Below are positions 41,982 to 52,699 of a DNA stretch of 64,000 bases, in pieces; the stretch's first letter is position 1; every line of letters starts with the position of its first letter. Both the position numbers and the translations under genes were made by a program. The stretch is from Candidatus Bathyarchaeota archaeon. Its GTDB lineage: Archaea; Thermoproteota; Bathyarchaeia; 40CM-2-53-6; RBG-13-38-9. Below the pieces are notes generated by a model. The model was not told the DNA's origin, did not search any database, and saw nothing but the letters and a program-made list of their open reading frames with translations. The stretch covers positions 864,001 to 928,000 of the forward strand of contig CAWECG010000003.1 in assembly GCA_963807605.1 (NCBI GenBank), given 5' to 3'.

Positions 41982-42391
41982 AGACAGACCAACCCGAGAA
42001 AGAGAAGCTTGTGGCTGTCGTGATCGGTAGCCAGAGTGATATGCCCATCGCTGAAAAGGCAATCAGAGTACTAGACGAATTCCGGATACCGTATGAACTT
42101 ACAACACTCTCTGCTCATAGAAATCCAAAGGAACTTGAAGAATACGTAGAGTCTTCAAAGGCCTTGATTTTCATAGCTATAGCAGGACTATCCGCACAAT
42201 TACCCGGATTCATAGCGTCGAGAACCTCTAAGCCGGTAATAGGCGTCCCAGTAAATGTCAAGCTTGAGGGTTTAGATGCGCTTTTGTCAATCCTGCAAAT
42301 GCCTAAAGGAGTGCCAGTAGCAACAGTAGGAATTGACAATGGCGAGAACGCCGCCCTTTTTGCTGCAAGAATCCTGTCAATGCTCAACTAA
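41978..42391 (+). CDS. purE: AIR carboxylase / N5-CAIR mutase
   Basis: GSQSD, SAHRNP, PVIGVP and [11 protein letters not shown]. Confidence 0.95.
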   Translation: MKTDQPEKEKLVAVVIGSQSDMPIAEKAIRVLDEFRIPYELTTLSAHRNPKELEEYVESSKALIFIAIAGLSAQLPGFIASRTSKPVIGVPVNVKLEGLDALLSILQMPKGVPVATVGIDNGENAALFAARILSMLN

Positions 42392-42413
42392 GATCCAAGT
42401 CGGAGAGATAAGG

Positions 42414-43478
42414 TTGGGCTGGAGCTATAAGAAAGCAGGCGTGGACCGTGACAAGATAAGAACAGCACACTCAACAATCGCAGAACTAATCCAGAGAACG
42501 TACAAGGTGAGAAAAGGAGAGTTTGGAGAAGTTCTTGCTGGATTCGGCCACTATGCATCCCTTATTGATATAGGTGAGGGAAGAGCCCTAGCCCTTCATT
42601 CCGACGGATGTGGAACCAAAGTCATCATCGCCCAGCTAATGAACAGATTCAGCACTATAGGTATAGACTGTGTCGCGATGTGCGTCAACGATCTCGTGTG
42701 CCTTGGAGCCGAGCCAACAACGTTAATCGACTATCTAGCGTTGGAGCGTCCGGACGACGCCATGGTAAACGAAATTATGGTAGGATTAGTCGAGGCCGCA
42801 GATAAAACAAGAATCACAATAATTGGCGGTGAGACGGCAATAATGCCTGATGTAATAAAGAGCGTTGTGCCGGGACGAGGATTTGATCTAGCAGCATTCT
42901 GTCTGGGCTTGGTCAGGAAAGACCAAATAGTGTGGGGAAACCGCCTTGAGCCGGACGATGTAATCCTTGGACTTAGGAGTAGCGGGGTACACAGTAATGG
43001 TCTCTCACTTGCAAGGAAAGTACTACTTGACGAGGCTAAACTTGATCTCAAGAAGAAGCCTCAAGAACTGCAACGAACCCTTGGAGAGGAACTTCTCGAA
43101 CCTACAACTATCTACCTAGAAGCCGTCATTCACGCAATTGAGAATTCTGATGTACACGCAGTAGCTCACATAACCGGAGGAGCCTTTACCAAGCTCAAAC
43201 GGTTCGAATCCTATTCCAAAGTTGGCTTCCGCCTAGATAAGATGCCTGAACCCCAACCCATCTTCAGACTGATACAGAAGCTAGGAAGGATAACCGATGA
43301 GGAGATGTATAGAACCTTCAACATGGGGATCGGCCTGTGCATCATGACCCCAAAGAAACATGTCAAAGAAGTAACGAAATCTTGCGAGGCCTCAGGTTTT
43401 GAGACCTATGATATTGGAAAAGTCACCGCCAAATCTGGAGTAAGCCTTGATTTGAGAGGCAGAACTATCACCCTGTAA
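42414..43478 (+). CDS. purM: AIR synthase
   Basis: YKKAGVD, DGCGTK, GGETA, SSGVHSNG, HITGG and TFNMGIG. Confidence 0.96.
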   Translation: MGWSYKKAGVDRDKIRTAHSTIAELIQRTYKVRKGEFGEVLAGFGHYASLIDIGEGRALALHSDGCGTKVIIAQLMNRFSTIGIDCVAMCVNDLVCLGAEPTTLIDYLALERPDDAMVNEIMVGLVEAADKTRITIIGGETAIMPDVIKSVVPGRGFDLAAFCLGLVRKDQIVWGNRLEPDDVILGLRSSGVHSNGLSLARKVLLDEAKLDLKKKPQELQRTLGEELLEPTTIYLEAVIHAIENSDVHAVAHITGGAFTKLKRFESYSKVGFRLDKMPEPQPIFRLIQKLGRITDEEMYRTFNMGIGLCIMTPKKHVKEVTKSCEASGFETYDIGKVTAKSGVSLDLRGRTITL

Positions 43479-43575
43479 AGGAGAAAGTCGACAATACTCT
43501 TGACATGAACTAGGCAAGTCAGGTAGACTTATATCGTGACCTCATTGCCATTCTTGTGGCTTTGGGGTAGAGTTA

Positions 43576-44958
43576 TTGATTTACGATGTCACAATCGTCG
43601 GCTGCGGCCCTGCTGGCATCTTTTCGGCGCTTGAACTCACAGATCGAACAGATTTGCACATTCTAATGCTCGATATGGGACCACAGTTAGAACAACGAAG
43701 ATGCTCAGCTGACCGTGGATTCGGATGCGTAAGATGCAAACCCTGCTCCCTACTTACGGGCTGGGGAGGTTCCGGCGCCTTCAGTGACGGGAAACTTACA
43801 CTCTCAACGAAGGTAGGAGGTTGGCTTGACGAATATGTCGATGCGGCTGAGTTGAATAAACTCATAGACTATGTTGACAACATTTATGTGAAATTTGGAG
43901 CTCCTAAACACCTCTACGGGACCGACCTGGGAAAGATCAACGAAATAGAGAGAAAAGCAGCCCTTGCAGGGCTAAAATTGATTCCATCTCGAATACGACA
44001 TCTAGGAACAGAGAACTGCACCCGTATCCTTAGCAAGACCAAACAAGCTCTTCAGAAAAATATCGAGATTCGAACAGGAACTGAGGTTAAGAGCCTAACA
44101 GTGAAGGAGGGGGAGATAAGAGGTGTCGAGACTACAGATGGAGAGAAGATCGAAAGTAAATATGTCATCGTGGCTCCCGGCAGAGTAGGGGCAGAATGGC
44201 TGACAGCCGAGGCCCAAATGCTTGGTCTCAAAACGCTCAACAATCCTGTTGACTTGGGAGTTCGAGTTGAGGTCCCAGCCGCTGTCCTAAACGAGTTGAC
44301 TGAAGCACTCTACGAGCCCAAATTCATTTACTACTCAAGATCCTTCGATGACATGGTTAGAACATTTTGCATGAATCCTTCAGGAGAAGTCATCACAGAG
44401 AATTACAGCGACATAGTCACAGTTAACGGCCAGAGTTACGCTGAGAAGAAGACAGGAAACACAAACTTCGCCATACTGGTAAGCACAAAGTTTACGGAAC
44501 CTTTCAGGGAACCAATAGCCTATGGCAAGTACATAGCTAGGCTCGCAAATCTGTTGGGAGGCGGTATCTTGGTCCAGCGGCTTGGAGATCTCGAAGCAGG
44601 CAGAAGGTCAACCGAAGAAAGACTGGCGCGAAACCTAGTCGTCCCAACCTTAAAATTTGCGACGCCTGGTGACCTTAGCTTCATTCTACCATATCGGTAC
44701 CTTGAAGACATAAAGGAAATGCTTCAGGCCATGGACAAAGTTTCTCCCGGCGTGTATGCTAAACATACCCTGCTGTATGGGGTTGAAGTGAAATTCTACT
44801 CATCGAGACTTGAGTTGAATAATAGTTTCGAGACGAAAGTTCGAAATCTATTTGCTATAGGGGACGGAGCTGGAATAACAAGAGGATTAATCCAAGCATC
44901 CGCCTCGGGCGTGGTTGCTGCAAGAGAGATTGAAAAAAGAGAGAAAAAAGCAGCATAA
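43576..44958 (+). CDS. FAD-dependent oxidoreductase
   Basis: GCGPAG, GGSGAFSDGKL, RTFCMNP and GDGAGITRG. Confidence 0.88.
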   Translation: MIYDVTIVGCGPAGIFSALELTDRTDLHILMLDMGPQLEQRRCSADRGFGCVRCKPCSLLTGWGGSGAFSDGKLTLSTKVGGWLDEYVDAAELNKLIDYVDNIYVKFGAPKHLYGTDLGKINEIERKAALAGLKLIPSRIRHLGTENCTRILSKTKQALQKNIEIRTGTEVKSLTVKEGEIRGVETTDGEKIESKYVIVAPGRVGAEWLTAEAQMLGLKTLNNPVDLGVRVEVPAAVLNELTEALYEPKFIYYSRSFDDMVRTFCMNPSGEVITENYSDIVTVNGQSYAEKKTGNTNFAILVSTKFTEPFREPIAYGKYIARLANLLGGGILVQRLGDLEAGRRSTEERLARNLVVPTLKFATPGDLSFILPYRYLEDIKEMLQAMDKVSPGVYAKHTLLYGVEVKFYSSRLELNNSFETKVRNLFAIGDGAGITRGLIQASASGVVAAREIEKREKKAA

Positions 44959-45028
44959 ACTTCACTCACTTCTGAAAAACCAACGCTCGATCTTTTGGTA
45001 TGCCATCAGAAGCATTTCCACCTAATGA

Positions 45029-45140
45029 TGGTGGGGCGGGCGGGACATTCATGGTGCTGTCACCATTTTGAACCCGCGATCTCCGGCTCTCTCGCTAAGA
45101 CCCGAGACCGGGATCTTAGACCAAGCTGGACCACCGCCCC
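45029..45140 (-). tRNA. tRNA-Pro(CGG) with two BHB introns (37/38 at 45089-45100; T-loop 59/60 at 45046-45066), CCA encoded
   Basis: GGGGCGG/CCGCCCC acceptor; BHB helices CTCG/CGAG and TTCA/TGAA. Confidence 0.93.
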
Positions 45141-45550
45141 GGACTGATGAACTAAGTGCATCAGCTTTAAAGGCGTTGTCGCTACGAAATTCAATGGTCT
45201 TGGAACAAACGCTGAAGCTAGACCGGCAGCTATAGTGCTATCTTTAGTTAGGGCCCGGGAGAGCCCGAATAGGAGAAAAGAAAAGCAAGGAAGATTATTC
45301 TACACGCTGTCGAAATAATCCAATAAACATTGAATTGAGAGTCTGCCGGTGAACACGTCAAAGCAACTCCACGAGTAATTAAGCATAGCTCCAAAGCCTC
45401 GTTACTTCTTCCTCAATTAATAGAATGTAGCTAGTTTGACCTACAAATGCTACTATGTAACACACATCTACAAATTGTTGGTAGATGAGCCATATGCACA
45501 AACCTTGTCAAGATTACTGACTTGAGGAAAGTGTACTTTACTGGAACAAA

Positions 45551-47876
45551 TTGTTTATTCTTTTAAACAAACCTGATGCTAGACCGCCAATAAGAGGATC
45601 CGCATTGTCTTTGCCTTTCGAGAAGTCTGGAGTTGATATTCTTAATGCTGCCTCCTCACCCGTCAGGTTACGAATACTGAAACTGCTAAAGTCTAGGGGG
45701 CCCCTACCCTATACAGAAGTGATGTCCACACTCGGACTCGATCCGATAAGAGATGCTGGTAAATTCGTCTACCACCTCAAGAGTGTAACTGGAACCCGCT
45801 TGGTCGCACTTGATAAGAACTCAAAAAAATATGCGATAACAGAGCTTGGCGAGATAGTAGTCAGTTTTGAGAGGGACTTGGAAGAGTACGTTGCAGCGAA
45901 GAAAGGGAAGCTTTATGTCAGAACATCTAGGTTATCGCTAGAAGAATTTGAGCGGGAGAAGATAGTAAACTCGCTTGTAAGCGAGGCTGGTGTCCCCTAC
46001 GAGCTGGCCCAAGAGATAGCTGCAGAGGCTGAAGAGAGGCTACTAAGGCTTAGAACGAGTTATTTGACAGCACCCTTGATAAGGGAATTCATTAATGCAA
46101 TACTCATTGAGAAAAGGCTTGAGGACTATCGACATAAACTTACAAGATTAGGGATGCCCGTATACGATGTTTCGGAGCTACTGAAGTACTCAAGCGAGAA
46201 GATGCTTAACGCCCAAGCTGTAAAAGATACCGCTGGCAGTTCAGTCATCGAAGAGTATGTCCTTCTAAATTCTCTTCCGAGAAATATTGCTGATGCTCAT
46301 CTCTCTGGAGCCTTGCATATTGACAATCTGGGAGAATGGATTCTCAGGCCAAGCGAGGTGTTACATGATCTCCCGATTCTTCTTCAAGCATGGTCTGCCA
46401 ACAAAGAAGGCTCCAAGGACATTCCAAAGTGCCTTAGCGATGGCACAACTAGTCTATCAACTTGCAAGAAATGAAGTAGCTAGCGAACAATGCTTTGACA
46501 TGTTCAATGTATTCTTAGCTCCATTTGCGTCAAAACTCTCAAAGGAGCAAATAAAAGATGCACTCTATCAATTCTTCACAAGTATCAGACAGGATGCTTA
46601 TTCATATGACTTCAATAATGGTCTCTCCTTGGGTTTCGAAGTTAACGTCCCAAGATTCCTCGATAACACTAAGGTAATAGGACCCGAAGGTTCCAGTCTA
46701 GAAAAGTACTCTGATTACGTCGAGGTGGCGGATGAGATTCTTGAGGCAGCAGTAGACATCGCAACTGAGGTGTCTCAAGAGAAGCCTCTTTTCAATCCTC
46801 GTTTCATAATCAAGTTAAGGGGCACGGAATCAGGGGGCAAAAGACATGACAGCCTAATGATGAAGATCCATCAACTCGCAACTAAGACTTTCCTTCCATA
46901 CTTTGCAAATCTGGAAGATGACGAAAAAGCCGCTTATACTGCTACAGGCTTGAGAATTGATAACTCTTGGACTGGTAATTGGGAAGACGATTGTATGAGA
47001 ACAGGCAATGCAGATAGCATCTTTCTCAATCTCCCTAGAATAGCTTACGAATCACGTAGAAAGATCGATAGATTCCAAAGCATACTTGAAATGCATCTTA
47101 ATCTCGCGAGCGAAGCTCTCCAACGAAAGAGCGAGATTCTCAAAGAGAGGCTTCAACAATCGCTTCTTCCACTTCTATCGGGGGTCAACGGAGACTCCTA
47201 TTTTATCGAGAAGAACTCAACGTATGCAATAAGTTTCCTAGGGCTGAATGAAGCTGTCAAAACGTTCATAGAATCACCCCTGATTGGAAGCGAGAGAGCC
47301 TTAGAATTCGCTTCGAAAATAATGAAATGGATAGGTGACTTCGCGGAGTCTGCCTCAAAGAAGTCAGGCAATCGGTTTGTTGTAGCACAGAGACCCCAAG
47401 ATGAGGCTTCCTTCAGGCTCGCCAAACTTGACATTGCGAAATATGGTCCGGGGCAGATTGCGAGCGAAGGAATCAGGGATTATCCATACTATACAGACTT
47501 GTTTACAGTACCGCTTTCAGCAAAAATAGATCTCAAAGAGCGAATATCTCTGGAGAGCAAGTTCCAGGAGAGTTCTTCTGGAGGACACCTAGCGTCTATC
47601 TGTCTAGCTCCGATAGAACAGGATCCCAAACAACTAATCAATTTGACAGAACAATTGTGCAATGGTAAGTTGCATTTCTTCACCTACACCAGTAATCTTT
47701 CCTACTGCAAAAGATGCAACAAGACATTTCTTGGCACGGCTTCAACATGCCCTCAATGTGGCTCCACAAACCTCATAGTATTCGGAAGATCGTCGGCAAC
47801 CTACATGCCACTTGAGCTGTGGCCCGAAGCTAAGAGAAGAGATATCGAGAGCAGAACCATATATTCCATATCTTAA
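45551..47876 (+). CDS. ArsR-HTH + ATP-cone + class III ribonucleotide reductase-like protein (degenerate active site), frameshifted at 46372-46374
   Basis: N-terminal wHTH, ATP cone (VRTS...FEREKI), RLGMPVYD, AHLSGALH, NLPRIA, GLNE and C-terminal CxxC/CxxC. Deleting one C gives HDLRFFFKHGL. Confidence 0.82.
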
Positions 47877-47895
47877 ATTAGATTGACGACCATCA

Positions 47896-48816
47896 TCAGG
47901 CAGAGCCAAGCAAAAGACTGAGCAGCCCCATCCTGACGAGAAGGCCGTACCATACTTGCTTGAAGTATCTTGCATGAGAGGTGTTGTCCACATCAGCATC
48001 AACTTCGTCGACTCTAGGTAGCGGGTGCATCACAATGGAATTCCTCTTTGCATCTCTCAGATCCGCCTGAGCAAGTCTGTATGACCCCCTAACAGCCTCA
48101 TACTCGGCTGGGTCGGCAAATCTCTCCTTCTGTATACGAGTCATATAGATAACATCAACCTCATTCAGGATACTCTTGAGATCTTTTCCTTCCTCAACAT
48201 CTATGTTGCGGCCAATATCCTCAAGCACCTCTCTTCTCATCCTCAAGAGATCAGGCGATATCAGGAATAGTCTAACGTTTTTGTAAAGAGCCAGGGCGTA
48301 AGCAAGAGAATGGACAGTTCTACCATATCGAAGGTCGCCTACCATAGCAACCTTCAAGCCATCTACTGAGCCACACTCACGTTTCATGGTGTAAATGTCA
48401 AGGATCGCTTGGGTCGGATGTTCTTCGGAGCCTGAGCCAGCATTTATTACAGGGACACTTGCAACTTCACCTGCTAAACGTGAGGCCCCCTCTAAGGGAT
48501 GTCTGATCACCAGAACGTCGGCGTAGTTTTCGACAACCTTGACGGTATCTGAGAGGTTCTCGCCCTTCTGGATTGATGCTGTACCAGGTTCAGCAAAACC
48601 TAGGCTCGTTCCTCCCAAGCGATACATTGCGGACTCAAAACTCAATTTCGTCCTTGTGCTCGGTTCGAAGAAAAGTGTAGCCATTATCTTTCCTCGAAGC
48701 ATATCGGAACCTTTTCTTGCTTGGGGCTCCATCTCATCTGCGATTGAGAGCATGTGATCGAGTTCAGCTCTTGTGAAATCTCGTATCGAAATAATGTCTT
48801 TTCCACTGAGATCCAT
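47896..48816 (-). CDS. pyrB: Aspartate carbamoyltransferase catalytic subunit
   Basis: FFEPSTRT, HPTQ, RIQKER and HPLP. Confidence 0.97.
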   Translation of the reverse strand: MDLSGKDIISIRDFTRAELDHMLSIADEMEPQARKGSDMLRGKIMATLFFEPSTRTKLSFESAMYRLGGTSLGFAEPGTASIQKGENLSDTVKVVENYADVLVIRHPLEGASRLAGEVASVPVINAGSGSEEHPTQAILDIYTMKRECGSVDGLKVAMVGDLRYGRTVHSLAYALALYKNVRLFLISPDLLRMRREVLEDIGRNIDVEEGKDLKSILNEVDVIYMTRIQKERFADPAEYEAVRGSYRLAQADLRDAKRNSIVMHPLPRVDEVDADVDNTSHARYFKQVWYGLLVRMGLLSLLLGSA

Positions 48817-49041
48817 TCGTGACCCTCAGATCATGATGCTTGCTTTGGATAAATAACTTAAAGGTCACGCAACGAGATTAAATTCCAATTGGAATACTAT
48901 GTTCAGCATAGTTTAAGAAAATAGGTTCATTAAAAGGACCCATCTTAACCTAGATTGGATATCGCCTAAGACACTTGATAAGAACGTAGAACACGTTCAT
49001 GTCATTATGTAGTCTTAAGACCTGTGTTGAGGATGAAATGA

Positions 49042-50217
49042 GTGGAAGAAGGATCTGGAAGAATAGTCAAAACACAACGCTTTACCTTTGCTCATAAACC
49101 AAACGAGATGGTTCTCGAAAGTGGAAGAAGACTCGGGCCTATCACTCTAGCCTATGAGACGTATGGAAGACCTGATTCAAGGAAGAGCAATGCCATACTC
49201 ATCTTTCACGCTCTCTCAGGCGACGCTCACGTCGCGGGCAAACATCGCCAGAGTGACCCTAAACCGGGTTGGTGGGACAACATGGTTGGTCATGGAAAGG
49301 CTTTCGATACTGACAGATATTATGTAATCTGTGCCAATGTCATAGGCGGATGCAAAGGTTCAACAGGCCCTAGCTCAATAAACCCCAAGACTGGTAAGCC
49401 TTACGGGCTCAGCTTCCCCATGGTCACGATAAGAGACATGGTGAAAGCACAGAAAGAACTTATTGATAACCTAGGTATTCATCAGCTGCTTGCCGTGGTT
49501 GGGGGATCGATGGCGGGTATGCAAGCACTACAATGGGCAATTACATACCCCGATCGCGTAGCTCTTTGCATTCCCATTGCTACAGCAACTAAACAGTCAC
49601 CGCAGAACATAGCCCTCGACGAGGTTGGGCGTAGAGCAATCATGAGCGATCCCAATTGGAACCATGGAAATTACTATGGAAGGAAGCAACCTGTAAATGG
49701 TCTAGCTGTGGCTAGAATGATTGGCCACATAACTTATCTGAGTGATGAGACTCTGCGCATAAAGTTTGGTCGTAGGCTCCAAGAAAAAAAGAGACTCAGC
49801 TTCAGTTTCAAACCTGAGTTTCAAGTCGAAAGCTACATCCATTACAAGGGTGAAACCTTTACCAAGAGGTTCGATGCCAATTCCTATCTCTACATCTCTA
49901 AAGCGATAGACTACTTCGACATATCAAATGGTTACGGTTCTCTTGAGACAGCTCTGAAAATCACAAAGACAAAATTTCTTGTGTTCTCTTTCAGCTCGGA
50001 CTGGCTTTACCCACCCTCGGAGTCTGAAGAACTAGTTGCTGGCCTGCGAGCAGCAAACAAAGAGGTGGCATACTATGAGATACCTTCAAGCTATGGACAT
50101 GACGCCTTCTTAGTTGAGGGTGAGAAAATAACGCATTTGATCTCATACTACCTCGCTCACGCACGAGAGAAAGAACGACTGGAGAGCTATCAAGTTGAGA
50201 ATCAGCCGCTCAGCTAA
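49042..50217 (+). CDS. metX: Homoserine O-acetyltransferase
   Basis: [28 protein letters not shown] and GHDAFL. Confidence 0.93.
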   Translation: MEEGSGRIVKTQRFTFAHKPNEMVLESGRRLGPITLAYETYGRPDSRKSNAILIFHALSGDAHVAGKHRQSDPKPGWWDNMVGHGKAFDTDRYYVICANVIGGCKGSTGPSSINPKTGKPYGLSFPMVTIRDMVKAQKELIDNLGIHQLLAVVGGSMAGMQALQWAITYPDRVALCIPIATATKQSPQNIALDEVGRRAIMSDPNWNHGNYYGRKQPVNGLAVARMIGHITYLSDETLRIKFGRRLQEKKRLSFSFKPEFQVESYIHYKGETFTKRFDANSYLYISKAIDYFDISNGYGSLETALKITKTKFLVFSFSSDWLYPPSESEELVAGLRAANKEVAYYEIPSSYGHDAFLVEGEKITHLISYYLAHAREKERLESYQVENQPLS

Positions 50218-50293
50218 CTCATCTGAGAAGCAAGGGTACACATACAAGTTATACTCACATATGTTTACTACAACAATTTGATAGTGAAGGTTC

Positions 50294-50767
50294 ATGTTTC
50301 AATCTGGCAGAGCTGAACTCTACGTAAAGAAGATTAGGAATGGGACTGTCATAGACCACATCTCTGCTGGCTATGCTCTTGATGTGCTGAAGATACTGAA
50401 CATCACAGGCAAAGAAAGTAACACAGTTGGCGTTGTCATGAATGTCCCAAGTAAAAACATTGGAAAGAAAGATATCGTGAAGATCGAGGGTGGAGAGCTA
50501 AAGGCGGAAGATGTTGATAAAATAGCACTGATATCACCAAAAGCCACGATAAACATCATTCGCGAATATGATGTTGTAGACAAGAAGAAAGTCAGCCTGC
50601 CCAAAGATATCAAGGGAATAGTCAAGTGTAGCAATCCCTCCTGCATATTAAATTCTAAAGAGCCTGTAAACTCCCTCTTTCACGTTCAAGATGTGGAGCC
50701 TATCCGGCTCCGTTGCCACTACTGCAATAGAACGATGGAAAAGAAGGACATACTCAAACAGTTCTAG
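50294..50767 (+). CDS. pyrI: Aspartate carbamoyltransferase regulatory subunit
   Basis: IRNGTVIDHI, KDIVKIE and CSNPSC...CHYC. Confidence 0.96.
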   Translation: MFQSGRAELYVKKIRNGTVIDHISAGYALDVLKILNITGKESNTVGVVMNVPSKNIGKKDIVKIEGGELKAEDVDKIALISPKATINIIREYDVVDKKKVSLPKDIKGIVKCSNPSCILNSKEPVNSLFHVQDVEPIRLRCHYCNRTMEKKDILKQF

Positions 50768-50831
50768 GATAAGTCTACAAGAAAAAAAGAAGATTTAAAG
50801 GAACAACGTACGTTAGGCATAGAATTACAAT

Positions 50832-51191
50832 TTGGTTGAGTCATTAATGACCACCATAGGAGTGCTAGCCGATCAGGAAACTGCTACCTACCTCAAGATA
50901 ACCGGGATAAAAAATAGCTTTCCGGTCAACAGCGGAGAGGAGGCCGAGGAGAAATTAACCAAACTGCTTCAAGATCAGGATATTTCTCTTATACTGGTTA
51001 CAGAGGAAGTGAATGATTGGTTGGGCTCTACCCTCAGCAGGGTTCGAAGAAGCAGAGAATACCCTTTGATAGTATCTATTCCCGGAAAAGGGGGAAAGAA
51101 ACCCCGCATAGACCTGCTTGCAGATTTGGTGAAGAAGACAGTCGGCATAGAGATAAAGATAGGACAAGAGACAGCACACTCACGTAAGTGA
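50832..51191 (+). CDS. atpF: A/V-type ATP synthase subunit F
   Basis: IGVLADQETA, YPLIVSIP and LVKKTVGIEI. Confidence 0.8.
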   Translation: MVESLMTTIGVLADQETATYLKITGIKNSFPVNSGEEAEEKLTKLLQDQDISLILVTEEVNDWLGSTLSRVRRSREYPLIVSIPGKGGKKPRIDLLADLVKKTVGIEIKIGQETAHSRK

Positions 51192-51226
51192 TTGGTCATA
51201 AATAAGTTCCTTGATATGTCTGCCTT

Positions 51227-51455
51227 TCAGTAAGGTTCAGAATGAATCTTGACAGTAGAGTCAGGGAAGGCATCTTTCAGCTCCTCCTCTACGTGGCTTA
51301 GTACTCGGTGCACTGCCTAAACTATCAAATGCAGCATGTGATGCATCACCTAAGAGCGCGAAACTGTTGGCTATCAGGCCTGCCGTAGACTCTAGCAACT
51401 ACGCTTGTTATCAACACAAGGGAGATTTCAGCGCACTTACGTTGGTATATTTCAT
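51227..51455 (-). pseudogene. Cation diffusion facilitator remnant with a large internal deletion
   Basis: AGLIANSFALLGDASHAAFD (TM2 HxxxD) directly joined to VHRVLSHVEEELKDAFPDSTVKIHSEPY* (C-terminal dimerisation domain). Confidence 0.75.
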
Positions 51456-51574
51456 TCCAGCCAACTTTACCGTGAACTGTAGGGAGGGAGATTGCGGGAC
51501 ATCAAAACGAGTCAATGTAGACGCTATCCGCTGGCCATGCTCGCATCATTACTGTACTTTCTTGGCAAATGATA

Positions 51575-52186
51575 CTATCGAGAAGCTACTTTCAGAGCAG
51601 TATCTAACCGATTGTTCACAATACTCCAGTTGACGTTCTCAAAAAATGCATCTATGTAGGGTCCCCTCTTAGGTCCTTGGTCTGTGTAGTAGGCGTGCTC
51701 GTATACATCCAAGACCAATAACGGAATCGCGTTCAAAAATCCGTACGTGTTGTGGGCATCCAATCCGTTGTTCATGAGCCTTTTGCTGGAAAGATCGTAT
51801 ACAAGGACAGCCCAGCCCCTTAGCGCCGTCCCACATGCCTTGAAGTCCTCTTTCCACTTATCGAATGATCCGAAGGTCTCATCTATCATTTGGGTTAGCC
51901 TAGTTCCACGCTGTGTTCCTTGGCCCCCCTTTATGTTCTCAAAGTAGAGTTCATGGAGAACCACTCCCATCCAGTTAAAACTCTCTTCAACCTTCAGTGC
52001 TCTGTAATCACTATAGTTCTGGTTCGCCTTGCTACGATCGACAGTCTGCTGTTTTTCCCATATCTCGTTTATCTTGTTGACGTATCCTTTGTAATGTGTC
52101 TCAAAATGGTACTCTATCTGTTGATCGGAGATTACCTTCAATCCTTTAGGTTTGAGTCCGTCTTTAGGAGCTATCTTTACGGCCAT
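51575..52186 (-). CDS. sod: Fe/Mn superoxide dismutase
   Basis: HFETHYKGYV, LHELYF and DVYEHAYY. Confidence 0.95.
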   Translation of the reverse strand: MAVKIAPKDGLKPKGLKVISDQQIEYHFETHYKGYVNKINEIWEKQQTVDRSKANQNYSDYRALKVEESFNWMGVVLHELYFENIKGGQGTQRGTRLTQMIDETFGSFDKWKEDFKACGTALRGWAVLVYDLSSKRLMNNGLDAHNTYGFLNAIPLLVLDVYEHAYYTDQGPKRGPYIDAFFENVNWSIVNNRLDTALKVASR

Positions 52187-52699
52187 ATTTTTTTCACCTC
52201 AGGTATCGGTGTGGCGTGACGTGACCATTCTGCTTGGTCAAAGTCGAGTTATAATATAACATAGTATTAACCGCAATTGACAGCGAAAGCCATTGTGCCA
52301 GCGTCGCCTTTGAAGCGGTGCCTCCTTGCAGCTTTCGGTCTGGTCAAACCACACACACGATATCTAATGGCTTCTCATTTAATAAAGACTTTTGAAAGGT
52401 GCCATTCGTGGACAATCTCTTCATAATTGTTTCCTTTGACTTAATCGTTAGTAATGGGGAGTACGCTTGCAAGACGGTAGAATCTGAATGACCCTCGGAG
52501 GCGGCTTCTCGGGGAAACAAGCTAACGTAAGAAAAACGAATCTATGTGAAATAAGGAAAGGTTCACTTGAAATATTCTGAACTCTACCCCCTTCCATTTC
52601 AGGTATTCCAAAAGGAATTGTTGTCCCAGTCAAGTACTAATATAGGAATAATGTAGCAAAGGGGAACCTAAATCGGAAACCAGTTTCACTTACGGTGGT

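Noticed and set aside
45200-45360. Inverted repeat ACCGGCAG/CTGCCGGT with internal hairpins upstream of the NrdD-like gene (riboswitch?)
   Set aside because: No recognisable riboswitch consensus; an 8-bp match is weak evidence.
46360-46390. BHB intron as the cause of the NrdD-like frameshift (and likewise the parA frameshift)
   Set aside because: Each is explained by a single extra base; there is no inserted hairpin.
52456-52475. 16S rRNA-like word GGGGAGTACG...GCAAG
   Set aside because: Only a short match with no flanking rRNA similarity.
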